Part shown: positions 9,866 to 20,236 of the stretch, piece by piece | Position numbering within the stretch: the first letter of the stretch is position 1 | Layout: every line of letters starts with the position of its first letter | Assembly: GCA_019358915.1 (NCBI GenBank) | Contig: JAHHIM010000055.1 | Span: 1 to 64,000, forward strand | Reading direction: 5' to 3' | Length of the DNA stretch: 64,000 bases | Source: Trichormus sp. ATA11-4-KO1 | Lineage (GTDB): Bacteria > Cyanobacteriota > Cyanobacteriia > Cyanobacteriales > Nostocaceae | Position numbers and translations under genes: made by a program | The notes under the pieces: model-generated | Told to the model about the DNA's origin: nothing | The model's input: only the letters and a program-made list of their open reading frames with translations | Database searches by the model: none

Positions 9866-10295
9866 GGTTAACTTCCTGAACAAATTGGTTATATCGGAAC
9901 ATCAACTGAATTCCTCCTGTTTCATTTGTGAAGCCCCAGCGTTGATAAAACGGGATCATCTCTGGTAAACAGTACAGTGCAATATTCTCAACAGTGCGTA
10001 TTCGGGGATGATGAATAATTGCATCCACCAACTTAGCACCAAGCCCGAGATTTCTATGGGTAGGCTTAATAATCACATCGTAAATAGTCGCTCTATAGAC
10101 AAAATCAGTCAGAACGCGAGTAAAACCAATTAATTGTTCGCTGTCATCTACCAAACCAATAATAATATCGGATGCGGTTAGCATCTTGGCAACATCTTGA
10201 GATGTACGTTTTTTACTCCAAAATTCGTTTTTGTACAAATCTACTAGTTCTGCAATCTGGTTTTCCGTCAAATTCTTAATAATGTGGTAAGTCAT
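9849..10295 (-). CDS. GNAT family N-acetyltransferase
   Basis: LIGFTRVLTD...IYDVII.P.HRNLGLG acetyl-CoA motif; FYQRWGF. Confidence 0.9.
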   Translation of the reverse strand: MTYHIIKNLTENQIAELVDLYKNEFWSKKRTSQDVAKMLTASDIIIGLVDDSEQLIGFTRVLTDFVYRATIYDVIIKPTHRNLGLGAKLVDAIIHHPRIRTVENIALYCLPEMIPFYQRWGFTNETGGIQLMFRYNQFVQEVNHDYQP

Positions 10296-10299
10296 AATA

Positions 10300-10470
10300 C
10301 AATACCTTTCGGTTAAGAGAATGGTAGGTTAAATAGAACGCAGTGAAACCCGACAATAACAAAGTCTTGTGGATGTTGGTTTACCCTGCGTTCAGCCGCG
10401 CTGGGCGTGTCTAAGTTCCTCAAACTAACCTACAGTAAGATTAGTTTTTAGCCTTCACCGAACTGTATTG
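10300..10470. mobile_element. 171-bp MITE (Nezha-like) with 18-bp imperfect TIRs and 10-bp target-site duplication AGTCATAATA
   Basis: TIRs CAATACCTTTCGGTTAAG and CTTCACCGAACTGTATTG (15/18); direct repeats at 10290-10299 and 10471-10480. Confidence 0.85.
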
Positions 10471-10611
10471 AGTCATAATAGGGCTTTATCAAGTATGGCA
10501 GTTACCACATAGCCAGGGTATAAACTAATCATCCAACCCGGACACCAAAAGATTTTCCCGCCTGTTTTTTGCTATAACCAAGCCTGCTTCTATTTATGGC
10601 AAATCTTGGTT

Positions 10612-11382
10612 TCAAAAAAATAATTTAAATCGTGCTAATTGATTTTCAATCGCCCCAGTGAGTATTTTATTCAGTTCTGCGCTGTCTTGAAATTGTAAAA
10701 TTTGCTGTGTGGGCAAATCGAAGGGAAATTTCCCCTCGAAGTCTGGGTGTTGCATGTGCCCTAACAAAATTTGTTCTGAACGCTTACTTTGAATGGCATA
10801 GCCAATTTCTACACAGACATTGGGACTGGGGATCAATTGGCTAGTTTCTTTGCCTGCAATATTAGCAATGGGTGTAGTGTCTGCGATAAACAACAAACTC
10901 TTACGGATTTTTCGCATGATGGCACGGCTGAGTCTAATAGGAGCATCGCTAGGACGATGAGATTCTACTAATGCTAAAGGAAGACGCGATCGCAAGTTCA
11001 ACTCGGCCAAACTTTTTTGTAATTCCTCCCGCAAGGCATCACTCGCTACTGCATACTCAGTTTGAGAGGATAAAAAAATCGTTGGTTCTAACTGTGCTAG
11101 TAGTGCCTGTTTTGTGAAATAAATTTCATGACTAATTAAGTCAATGTTAGCTACGCAATAGCCACCACTACCTTCAATATAAAATTCAATATCTTCCCCT
11201 TCCAGATAGCGCCCAAACCATGTTGATTGCCTAACTTTGTCACTGTCTTCTAGAAAGTCCGCTCTTAATGCTGATTTCAGCAGGCTTTTTTTACTGAGGC
11301 GAATGTCTGGCGGACGCTTTTCCAGTTCTGCAATCGGCTCATAATCTTGAAGATACCATGCTCTGAGCGCAATAATTGACAT
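10612..11382 (-). CDS. Conserved cyanobacterial hypothetical protein with C-terminal TIR/nucleoside-deoxyribosyltransferase-like fold
   Basis: IMRKIRKSLLFIADTTP...PNVCVEIGYA...FPFDL motif. Confidence 0.65.
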   Translation of the reverse strand: MSIIALRAWYLQDYEPIAELEKRPPDIRLSKKSLLKSALRADFLEDSDKVRQSTWFGRYLEGEDIEFYIEGSGGYCVANIDLISHEIYFTKQALLAQLEPTIFLSSQTEYAVASDALREELQKSLAELNLRSRLPLALVESHRPSDAPIRLSRAIMRKIRKSLLFIADTTPIANIAGKETSQLIPSPNVCVEIGYAIQSKRSEQILLGHMQHPDFEGKFPFDLPTQQILQFQDSAELNKILTGAIENQLARFKLFF

Positions 11383-11504
11383 AAGGGGCTATTTCAAATG
11401 TCTCTTGCTATTCCACTTCGTATCAGCTTACACCAAATTGGGATAAGTAGCATTATTGGCGATTTCTCAAACAACTTTCTGGTAAAAACTGGAAGTTTCA
11501 GAGC

Positions 11505-11740
11505 TTAATTTAGTCTTACACTCGGTCGCACCCCTCAAAACAACAACACCCAAGCTTCTACTAACTTTAATAATTTCCTCACCCTTGTTTATTCTAGCCA
11601 GGGATGTAATTAACTTTCATCACCACAAACAAGCAATGAAAACCAGTTACAGCGCCCCCTGATTTTCAAATTTTGAGGAAATATCAGCGTTCGCGTTGGG
11701 TGTTGTTGGGTTTGAACGAGACAGAAATAAATTAAACAGC
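11505..11740 (-). ncRNA. Candidate structured RNA (long rod-like hairpin), family unknown
   Basis: Nested complementary blocks across ~235 nt; G-U pairs favour the minus strand. Confidence 0.45.
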
Positions 11741-12033
11741 GTCTTTTACCTCTTAGTGTATTACTAATTTAGCTGTTGCATCTGCCAGGGAAGCTTTGTA
11801 GCTTCAATTATTAGATTAGCATCTGTAATTGAATGTGGGATTTTTTTGCAACTAAACTTTACTTTTAATGCTAATAAAAGTAAATCTATCTTGAAGTTAA
11901 CTCCCCAGATAAATGCCTTGATGATTGATTTCAGCTAGCTTCTATGTTTTCGTCTCAGTTCATGGCTGTACTACTGTTAAACAGGTGTCTTTGCCTGTAT
12001 AGACTATTACTAGACTTTTATATTTCTCAACAA

Positions 12034-12774
12034 TCAATTATTGCGTTTTATTAAACGCAACATCAGGTTACCACCTTTAAATACTTCATACTCTACTGGT
12101 GTAAGCTCCGCAACCAATTCCTGTGTGTCTAAATCTGCCAATAAATTTTTCACATACTTATGAAGTTCTCCTTGAATACAAGGAACTGGAAAAATTCTGA
12201 CTTCTTTTCTACACACACGTAGTAACTCTAAAACTGCTTTTTTATGAAATTGATAATCAAAACTTTGCAGGTTTTTATTAAATAAATCACTGTATATGAA
12301 TAGAAAATTGCCACTTAAAACTAAATCAAAACTTTGGTTTAAAAAAGGTAGATTTGGCAAAGATGCTTGGATGTAATATTTTTTTTCTTTTCCCACAACA
12401 TAGGAACTAATAAAGCTTTTTAATGCTGATTCTGCATACTTTCTCATATCTTCCAATGACACATAAAATTTTTGACTAAATAATTGTAAATATTGCGAAG
12501 AGAATTTTATAGTCTCATCAATATCTAAATTTCCCTTGTTGATCATTAATTGTAATTCATCAGTATAAGCAGGATCACAACCAACAACATCTAATCCTCT
12601 TTGTCTAGCTTCCTCGACAAAAGAAGCTGGTCCAGCAGGACAGTCCAAAACTTTGCTATCTTTCCAGATAGATAAATCTAAATCAAACATTTTCAGATAC
12701 TCTGGCAAAGTTCGACCATAAAATAGGACTTCTTTGGGTAGATTGAAATTGGTATTAGTATTTTTTTTAACCAT
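12034..12774 (-). CDS. Class I SAM-dependent methyltransferase-like protein
   Basis: VLDCPAGPASF motif I; LPNLPF.NQSFDLVLSGNFLF; EVRIFP. Confidence 0.8.
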   Translation of the reverse strand: MVKKNTNTNFNLPKEVLFYGRTLPEYLKMFDLDLSIWKDSKVLDCPAGPASFVEEARQRGLDVVGCDPAYTDELQLMINKGNLDIDETIKFSSQYLQLFSQKFYVSLEDMRKYAESALKSFISSYVVGKEKKYYIQASLPNLPFLNQSFDLVLSGNFLFIYSDLFNKNLQSFDYQFHKKAVLELLRVCRKEVRIFPVPCIQGELHKYVKNLLADLDTQELVAELTPVEYEVFKGGNLMLRLIKRNN

Positions 12775-12979
12775 GAAAATTACTGCTATTCACCAATTTA
12801 GAGAATAACATAAGTTAGTCAGCGTAAATATGTGTAGTGGGGATAAGGTAGGAGACAGAAAGCAGGAGGCAGGAGAGATAAGGGTTTTAGCCTGTTCATC
12901 TTTCTTTACATAGTTGGGTTTGATTATGCTGGTTTACTGAAAAAGCTACATAGGAATAATTTATTCCCGAAGTAATAAC

Positions 12980-15739
12980 TCAGCCATTATTTAAGTTTTG
13001 AAAATTATCAATTGTACTTAGGTTGTTGATAGGCATTTCAATCCAGAATTCTGTACCTTTGCCTGGTTCTGAAGTACATTCCATGACTCCACCATGTTTC
13101 TCCACAACAATTTGGTAGCTGATTGCTAGTCCTAGTCCTGTGCCCTTACCCACTGTCTTGGTAGTGAAAAACGGGTCAAAAATTTGCTTTTTCACTTCCT
13201 CAGTCATTCCAGGTCCATTGTCAGCAATGCAAATTAGCAGCCGAGATTTATCTGTTGAAACTTTAGTAGAAATCCAGATAGTGGGTAAGGGAAGATTATC
13301 CTGAACCTCTGCGGCTGTTCTTTGATTCTCCAAGGCATCAATAGCATTACTGAGAATATTCATAAATACCTGATTCATCTGACCGGCATAGCATTCTACA
13401 CGTGGCAAATTGCCATAGTCTTTAATTATTTCAATGCCAGTCAGGTTGACACTGGATTTTAGTCGATGTTGCAAAATTAATAAAGTATTGTCTATGCCTT
13501 CATGCAGGTCAACAGCCTTGTTTTCAGCCTCATCTAAACGCGAAAAGTTGCGTAATGACAATACTATAGAGCGGATGCGATCGGCTCCAATTTGCATTGA
13601 AGATATGGTTTTTGGTAAGTCTTCTAGCAGAAATTCTAAATCAATCGCTTCAATTAATAAGCGAATTTCATTATTTGGGTAGGGATAATGTAATTTGTAT
13701 AGCTCTAACAATTCCAGCAGTTGTTGAGTGTAGTTACTAGTGTGGGACAGGTTGCCGTAGATAAAGTTAACTGGGTTGTTGATTTCGTGGGCGACACCTG
13801 CCACTAACTGTCCTAAACTGGACATTTTTTCGGTATGAATCAATTTTGCCTGTGTTTCTCGCAGTTCAGACAAAGTATGTTCTAATTGTGCCGCTTTAGC
13901 CCTGGCTTCCGTTTCGGCGGCACAACTTTGTTCGTAGAGTTGGGCTTGCTGAATGGCGATCGCCGCCTGATCTGCTAGCTGTTGCAGTAAATCAATTTCT
14001 GCATCCTGCCAATTTCTAGGACTATCACATTGATGAGCCACAAGTAATCCCCAGATATATGCACCCATATTAATAGGTACAATTAAGTTGGCTTGTACTT
14101 GCAAATTCTGCAAAAACTCCCGATGACAAGCACTTAAAGTTTCCGTTGACACATTATCAATTGCCCTGATTCTGCCCCGAAAATACAGACGAGCCGACTC
14201 ATCAGGAAAGCATGGTAGTGGTGCTTTCATGCCTAAAACAGACCTCCAGTCGCCATTGATTTCTTCCACAATTACCTCACCGCCAGATTCACCCAACATT
14301 TGGTAAATCAGTACCCGGTCTGAATTTAGCAAGGGACGGACTTCCCGGACTAGTGCTTGCAAGGTGGCTTTCAAGTCTAAGGTACTACGGATCTGGTCTG
14401 TAACTTGCTTGATGGCTTTGGTTAGCAGTAACGATTTTTCTAGTTCAGCAGTTTGCTCTTGTACCCGGTATTCTAAGTTGGTATTCAGTGTCTGCACCTG
14501 TTGGTACATTTGCTGCTGGTAAATTGCCATTGAGAAGTGATAGCACAAAGCTTGCCCTAGGGAAATTTCTTCAGGTTGCCACTGTGGCGCTTGCCCTTTT
14601 CTTTGTTCTCGCCAAACTTCAAAGGAAAGCCGGGGTAATTGTTGACGCTGATTTTGATCGTGTTTTCCTGCCCACAAAATTTCGTGGTCAAATGCGGGGC
14701 GAAAAATACTGATCACACCAATAAAATTTTGGCGATCGTGTAGAGGAATGACTAAAAGTCCACGAATCGCAGTCGCTTGGAAAGCAGCAGCCAAAACTTG
14801 CAAACGTGGTTCTTTGTAGAGGTCAGTAATTGCCCCAATATTACCTGGTTTAAACTCCGCTATCCAGTTTTGCCAAACGGGATGCTGTTCAATCAGACTA
14901 TTTTTTAACTCATAGGGCAGTTGTGGTTGTTCACCTGATGTATATACTTCCCCACTGTAATCAACGTAAATTCTCCCACCTACTCCATCGAAACTAGTAA
15001 TAACAGCTTCTAGCGCCTGCTGTAATTGAATTGTGGGTAGTTGATGCAACAGCGTGGTTACTCGGTTGATGGTGGCTTCTCGCTCTTGCTGGGCGCGGGC
15101 TTCGGTGAGTAAGTTACTTTGAGCGATCGCGATCGCCACCTGATCGGCAACTTGTTGTACTATTCTGAGTTCCCGCTTCAAAACCGTTCGCGGTTGGCTG
15201 TGATGGGATACCAACAATCCCCATAATTGCCGCTTTACTGATGTCCCTCCTGGGTCTTGATGTAAAATTGGCACTACCAGCGAAGACTGGACACCCATTG
15301 CCTTTAAGTATTGAATATGGCATGGGTCTACTTGCCGATAGTTGATATTTTCTGTTTGTAGATATTGGCCAGTTTCTTTTGACTTGAGCGGTGATAGTCC
15401 TATCTTCCCACTAGCTACATCCACTATCGAACGTTGCCGCACTACCAAAAACATTTCTCTGGCTGCTTGGGGAATATCATCTGCTGGGAAGTGTAGCCCC
15501 AATAGCGATGGCAAACGCTGCTCATGAATAGATTCGGCTATAACTTCACCGCTACCATCAGCGTCGAAGCGATACACCATTACTCGGTCTGTAGCCAAAT
15601 ATAAACGCACTTCGGCAACGGTAGCTGCTAGGATCTCTTGCAGTTCGAGCGATCGCCTAATTCGATTTGTGATCCGATGCAATAAATTTTCCTGGTTGAA
15701 TATTGGCTGCGAATTACTGGATTCATCAGTAAATGTCAT
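12980..15739 (-). CDS. aphC: Knotless phytochrome/cyanobacteriochrome histidine kinase (GAF-PHY-GAF-HisKA-HATPase), AphC/All2699-like
   Basis: GAF1 with PADDIP and DPCH (bilin Cys), last GAF with [12 protein letters not shown]-box, N/G1/F/G2 boxes. Confidence 0.78.
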   Translation of the reverse strand: MTFTDESSNSQPIFNQENLLHRITNRIRRSLELQEILAATVAEVRLYLATDRVMVYRFDADGSGEVIAESIHEQRLPSLLGLHFPADDIPQAAREMFLVVRQRSIVDVASGKIGLSPLKSKETGQYLQTENINYRQVDPCHIQYLKAMGVQSSLVVPILHQDPGGTSVKRQLWGLLVSHHSQPRTVLKRELRIVQQVADQVAIAIAQSNLLTEARAQQEREATINRVTTLLHQLPTIQLQQALEAVITSFDGVGGRIYVDYSGEVYTSGEQPQLPYELKNSLIEQHPVWQNWIAEFKPGNIGAITDLYKEPRLQVLAAAFQATAIRGLLVIPLHDRQNFIGVISIFRPAFDHEILWAGKHDQNQRQQLPRLSFEVWREQRKGQAPQWQPEEISLGQALCYHFSMAIYQQQMYQQVQTLNTNLEYRVQEQTAELEKSLLLTKAIKQVTDQIRSTLDLKATLQALVREVRPLLNSDRVLIYQMLGESGGEVIVEEINGDWRSVLGMKAPLPCFPDESARLYFRGRIRAIDNVSTETLSACHREFLQNLQVQANLIVPINMGAYIWGLLVAHQCDSPRNWQDAEIDLLQQLADQAAIAIQQAQLYEQSCAAETEARAKAAQLEHTLSELRETQAKLIHTEKMSSLGQLVAGVAHEINNPVNFIYGNLSHTSNYTQQLLELLELYKLHYPYPNNEIRLLIEAIDLEFLLEDLPKTISSMQIGADRIRSIVLSLRNFSRLDEAENKAVDLHEGIDNTLLILQHRLKSSVNLTGIEIIKDYGNLPRVECYAGQMNQVFMNILSNAIDALENQRTAAEVQDNLPLPTIWISTKVSTDKSRLLICIADNGPGMTEEVKKQIFDPFFTTKTVGKGTGLGLAISYQIVVEKHGGVMECTSEPGKGTEFWIEMPINNLSTIDNFQNLNNG

Positions 15740-16074
15740 TGCTGATTACACCTAAAATCAGGATATAAAACTTTTTGAAAACCTTTGTTCGGCAGTAATT
15801 ACCACTGGTAAGGCTGATTTTTCAAGAGTTTAAGATTAAGAAAAGGTTAATTAATTAAGACTTAATTCTATCTTTTCAAGATTGAGATGCATAGAGTAAA
15901 ACTAGGCAAAATCGAAAAATTCAAATAATGTTCTTATATTAAAAAAGTTTTTTATAAATCTTTAATAATTTACAGTAATTAACTAAGTAAACTTACTTAG
16001 CTAATTGCTATAAATTTTTTATTTAGGGGAATTTTATCATTCCCCTGTCACCACAAATATTTTATTACTTATAA

Positions 16075-16560
16075 TTAATCATACTTAGACTCACCGGAAA
16101 TTACTGAAAAAAGTCGTGATTGGCGAATCTCTTCACGCACAGCCATGAGGATTTTGCCAAGATGGTTTTGACCAGTCTTATCGGCACCACAACCCCAGAA
16201 ATAATCAGTTGGCGAATTTTCTACCAGTATCTCATTGCCTGTGGTGAGTAGAATATCTCTAATATCCTCATGAGCGAGAAACTTTTTGAGTACGGCTGCT
16301 TGCATAATTTTAGTTTTGACCACCTCCCAGTCTGGACGGAGTTGGCGAGTGCAGCAGCGCCCTAAAGCAGCAGCTTCTTCCGGAGTTTTGGCAGCTTGGA
16401 TCACAGGTATGATGACTGCATCTACACTACCTACAAACTTTTGTGCTTGATAATAATGCTCCACCGTTGACCAGTAAGTACCTTGAATTTGGATGCCGTG
16501 GCGAGAAAAGTTAGAAAAACAGCCATAAGGTTGCCAGACTTTGTAAAAGTATATTGTCAT
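16075..16560 (-). CDS. NADAR family protein (YbiA/RibX-like)
   Basis: YGCFSNFS, TVEHYYQAQKF, LVENSPTDYFWG, GQNHLGKILM. Confidence 0.92.
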   Translation of the reverse strand: MTIYFYKVWQPYGCFSNFSRHGIQIQGTYWSTVEHYYQAQKFVGSVDAVIIPVIQAAKTPEEAAALGRCCTRQLRPDWEVVKTKIMQAAVLKKFLAHEDIRDILLTTGNEILVENSPTDYFWGCGADKTGQNHLGKILMAVREEIRQSRLFSVISGESKYD

Positions 16561-16707
16561 TTGAAAATTGCTCTTTATATATCTCAATTTCTATGATGCC
16601 TGTAGATGCTAGCAGGAAGTCGTTAACTTTAGGCTGAAAGCTAGTACTCGCCTCAAGACAGAAGTATTACTTGGACAAAAATTCTATCGTGCTAGAAAAG
16701 CCTGTCT

Positions 16708-17211
16708 ATGAGGTTGACAATGGAGGCGAAGAGTGAGATTTCCCATCGGCGGATGCCACTGATTATTGCCGGGATTTTCCTTGGATTGGGGCTGGGAGGA
16801 TTTGTTGATGGCATCCTGTTGCATCAGATTCTGCAATGGCATCATATGTTAAGTAACATTCGACCTCTAAAAACCGTTTCTAACATAGATTTAAATATGG
16901 TCTGGGATGGCTTATTTCATGCTTTGGATTGGGTCTTGACAGTGGTAGGGGTAGGGTTACTGTGGCGGGCTGGAGGTCGAGAAGATGTTCCCTGGTCGAA
17001 TGGCACCTTTGTGGGTTCTTTACTTATTGGTGCTGGGTTATTCAATTTCGTTGAAGGACTGATTGACCACCAAATTCTCGGTATTCACCATGTGAAACCA
17101 GGGCCAAATCAGTTAGCTTGGGATTTGGCATTTTTATTGTCCGGCATGCTGCTTGTAGTGGTTGGTTGGATAATGCTACAAAATAGCAAAATTAGACAAA
17201 AATTAGATTAA
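16708..17211 (+). CDS. DUF2243 family membrane protein
   Basis: GGFVDGILLHQILQWHHM, DGLFH, EGLIDHQILGIHHV. Confidence 0.85.
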   Translation: MRLTMEAKSEISHRRMPLIIAGIFLGLGLGGFVDGILLHQILQWHHMLSNIRPLKTVSNIDLNMVWDGLFHALDWVLTVVGVGLLWRAGGREDVPWSNGTFVGSLLIGAGLFNFVEGLIDHQILGIHHVKPGPNQLAWDLAFLLSGMLLVVVGWIMLQNSKIRQKLD

Positions 17212-17241
17212 CCCCATCTCCTTAATTCCCACTCACCCCCT

Positions 17242-17847
17242 ATGTCCACAGATACCTTTGAAACAACTAGCTGGAGTTGGCAGCTGTCTCAATTCCAACA
17301 ACAAGTAGGAGAATGGTTAGAATACCAGTCTTACCGCTTTCAACAGGTGCTGCCAGAATTGTCTCCTGGGTCAATTAGTCCTTGGCTAGTTGATTTGCTG
17401 AAATTCCTGTTTTGGCTGGTACTGGGCTTATTTTTGGTTGTGGTGGGTTGGCGTTTGTGGCGAGAATTTAGTCCCTATGTCTATTCATGGCTGGCTGGGC
17501 GTGGTAGTTTCGACAATGCTGGGGGAAAAACCCATGTTAGTGATTTATCTGTAGCAGTTTGGTGGGAGCGATCGCAAGCACTTTACCGTCAGGGCAATTA
17601 CCGTGAGGCCTGTCGTTGTCTATATTCAGCAATATTGCAGCACTTACATGATACTCAGGTCATCCCTCATCAATTTAGCCGCACAGATGGCGAATATCTG
17701 CGATTGCTGCGCTCATCTGTAAGTTTGATCCAGCCTTATGAAACTTTAATTACGACTCACGAGCGATTGTGTTTTGGCAATGCGGAAATTTTGCCAGAAA
17801 ATTATCAGCAGTGTCAGCAAGCGTATCGGGAGATTTGCCAGAAATGA
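17242..17847 (+). CDS. DUF4129 domain membrane protein (MoxR-associated)
   Basis: One TM segment plus GNYREACRCLY...SRTDGEYL motif; operon with DUF4350 and MoxR. Confidence 0.75.
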   Translation: MSTDTFETTSWSWQLSQFQQQVGEWLEYQSYRFQQVLPELSPGSISPWLVDLLKFLFWLVLGLFLVVVGWRLWREFSPYVYSWLAGRGSFDNAGGKTHVSDLSVAVWWERSQALYRQGNYREACRCLYSAILQHLHDTQVIPHQFSRTDGEYLRLLRSSVSLIQPYETLITTHERLCFGNAEILPENYQQCQQAYREICQK

Positions 17848-18932
17848 AACGCTCAAATCGGACTGCTTGGCTGGGAGCGATCGCTTTAGGGGTAATAATT
17901 TTACTGAGTTTTATATCTGCCCCCAATATGCAAATTTACAGTGGTTCCACGTATAGCAAGGCGGCCGATGGCTATGGTGCGTGGTATGCTTACATGCAAC
18001 AGCAAGGTGTGACTATCCAACGTTGGCAAAAGCCTTTTGGTAATCTTGGGGATGATAATAACCCAGTTACCCTCTTACAAGTGAATAGCTACCTGAGAGA
18101 ACCTAGTTTGTTCCCGCAAGAGCGAGAATGGGTAGAAAAAGGCAATACTTTAGTAATTTTAGGTGTGCGATCGCGGGTGAGTGCAGCCAACTTTATCACC
18201 ATGCAGCGATCGCCTATTGGTAGCGTCAGAATTGCTACACGCAGACGTTACCAAAAAGCTGAGCCACAGCAAATTTCGTTAGGCGATCGTTTTGGGGGCG
18301 TTGTTTGGGAAGAACAGCACAAACAAGGCAAAGTAATTTTTTCTACCACTCCCCATTTAGCCGCTAACGCCTACCAAAATAATTTAAGTAATTTCTCATA
18401 TCTAGCTAACTTAGTTAATCAAAAAAATCATAAATTGCTTGTAGATGAATATATCCACGGTTACAAAGATGCTGATATCCAGCAGAGTGAAGGTAAAGCC
18501 GACTTATTTAGTTATTTTGCTCAAACTCCTGTATTCCCAGTCATCGTACAATTAGGCGTTTTACTATTGGTGCTAATTTGGTCTCAAAATCGCCGCTTCG
18601 GGAAGCCAGTAACTTTAGATACACCAGTTGTAGATAACAGTGAGGCGTATATCCTAGCTTTGGCGGGAGTATTACAAAAAGCTGAATCCAGCGACTTTGT
18701 TGTGGAGATGGTGGGTAAAGCAGAACAACTACAACTACAAAAAGCCTTGGGATTAGGGCAAGTACCGCTAGAGAGGCAAATTCTCCTGAAGCATTGGATA
18801 GAAAAAACAGGCACTAGTGCAGCAGAACTAGATGCGGTATTAAAGTTACAAACCCGAAAACAACCCATCAGTGAACGAGACCTGTTAAGCTGGTTGGGAA
18901 AATGGCGCACCCTAAGGGTAATTAAAAATTAA
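17844..18932 (+). CDS. DUF4350 domain protein (MoxR-associated)
   Basis: N-terminal TM, STYS...GYGAW, VDEYIHGY, RRFG after a second TM; ATGA overlap with upstream stop. Confidence 0.75.
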   Translation: MKRSNRTAWLGAIALGVIILLSFISAPNMQIYSGSTYSKAADGYGAWYAYMQQQGVTIQRWQKPFGNLGDDNNPVTLLQVNSYLREPSLFPQEREWVEKGNTLVILGVRSRVSAANFITMQRSPIGSVRIATRRRYQKAEPQQISLGDRFGGVVWEEQHKQGKVIFSTTPHLAANAYQNNLSNFSYLANLVNQKNHKLLVDEYIHGYKDADIQQSEGKADLFSYFAQTPVFPVIVQLGVLLLVLIWSQNRRFGKPVTLDTPVVDNSEAYILALAGVLQKAESSDFVVEMVGKAEQLQLQKALGLGQVPLERQILLKHWIEKTGTSAAELDAVLKLQTRKQPISERDLLSWLGKWRTLRVIKN

Positions 18933-18998
18933 TTGTTTAAAATTGTGCATTGCGTGTTTAAGTTGCTTTGCACCTTTGTATAAGTTATTTAAAGAATA

Positions 18999-19949
18999 AT
19001 GAGCGAAACCCATCCTGTCTTAATTCGCCTTGGTCAGAGGCTTAACAAAGTAATAGTAGGACAATCCAGCCTCATACAGCAGCTACTAGTAGGGCTGTTA
19101 GCAGGTGGACACATCATCTTAGAAGGAGTACCGGGAACTGGTAAAACCCTCCTGGTAAAACTTTTAGCGCAGTTTATCCAGGGTGAGTTTCGCCGGATTC
19201 AACTCACGCCGGATGTCTTACCATCAGATATTACGGGGACAAATATTTTTGACTTGAATAGCCGTAATTTCACCCTGAAAAAAGGGCCAGTATTTACCGA
19301 AGTGCTACTAGCAGACGAAATTAACCGCACTCCCCCCAAGACACAAGCGGCGCTGCTGGAAGCTATGGAAGAAATGCAAGTCACGCTAGATGGTGAAAGT
19401 TTACCTTTACCAGAGTTGTTTTGGGTGATTGCAACGCAAAACCCCTTGGAGTTTGAGGGGACTTATCCCTTACCAGAAGCACAGCTAGACAGGTTTTTAT
19501 TCAAGCTGGTGGTAGATTACCCCGATCAAGCTGCTGAAAAGCAAATGTTACTCAATCGTCAGGCGGGGTTTGCAGCGCGACGCTGGGATATTAGTAGTCT
19601 GGAACCAGTAGCAACGGTAGCTGATATTTTGCAGGCAAGGCAAGCAGTGAAAGCAGTTCAGGTATCGGAAGCAATTATTGATTATCTCTTAACGTTGGTG
19701 AGAACATCGCGTCAACATCCCGATTTAACCTTGGGTGCATCGCCTCGCGCTGCTGGTGCTTGGTTGCAGACATCTCAAGCAGCCGCATGGTTAGCTGGAA
19801 GGGATTTTGTGACACCAGATGATGTCAAAGCGGTAGCATCGCCGTTGCTGCGTCATCGCCTCATTCTCAAACCAGAAGCGATGCTAGATGGTTTACAAAT
19901 TGATGGGGTAATTGCGGCGGTAATTAATCAAGTGCCAGTACCAAGATAG
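18999..19949 (+). CDS. MoxR family AAA+ ATPase
   Basis: GHIILEGVPGTGKT, LLADEINRTPPKTQ, ATQNPLE.EGTYPLPEAQLDRF. Confidence 0.95.
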   Translation: MSETHPVLIRLGQRLNKVIVGQSSLIQQLLVGLLAGGHIILEGVPGTGKTLLVKLLAQFIQGEFRRIQLTPDVLPSDITGTNIFDLNSRNFTLKKGPVFTEVLLADEINRTPPKTQAALLEAMEEMQVTLDGESLPLPELFWVIATQNPLEFEGTYPLPEAQLDRFLFKLVVDYPDQAAEKQMLLNRQAGFAARRWDISSLEPVATVADILQARQAVKAVQVSEAIIDYLLTLVRTSRQHPDLTLGASPRAAGAWLQTSQAAAWLAGRDFVTPDDVKAVASPLLRHRLILKPEAMLDGLQIDGVIAAVINQVPVPR

Positions 19950-19955
19950 GGATTT

Positions 19956-19982
19956 CTGAGTGCTGAGTGCTGAGTGCTGAGT
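19956..19982. repeat. STRR heptamer tandem repeat (CTGAGTG)n
   Basis: Direct reading; same unit at 23871-23898 and, inverted, at 38834-38857. Confidence 0.85.
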
Positions 19983-20236
19983 AAAAACACAGGGAAAGAA
20001 TTTTGTTTCTTTCATTCTTAGCGGGTGGTGCGCCGCCCGTGGGGCGCTTCCAAGTAAAAAGATTTCATTGCTGGGGAAGCAGGGGGAGATTATACAGCCG
20101 TAGTCACATAGGTTAACGTGCGCCTCCGTTGGAGACTCACGTTAATTTAGCTGGCAAAAAATAACTGATAAAATTACTGAGCCATGAGATTAATAGTAGC
20201 AGGTATATTCGGAATTATACCCATCTCTAATTGCTC

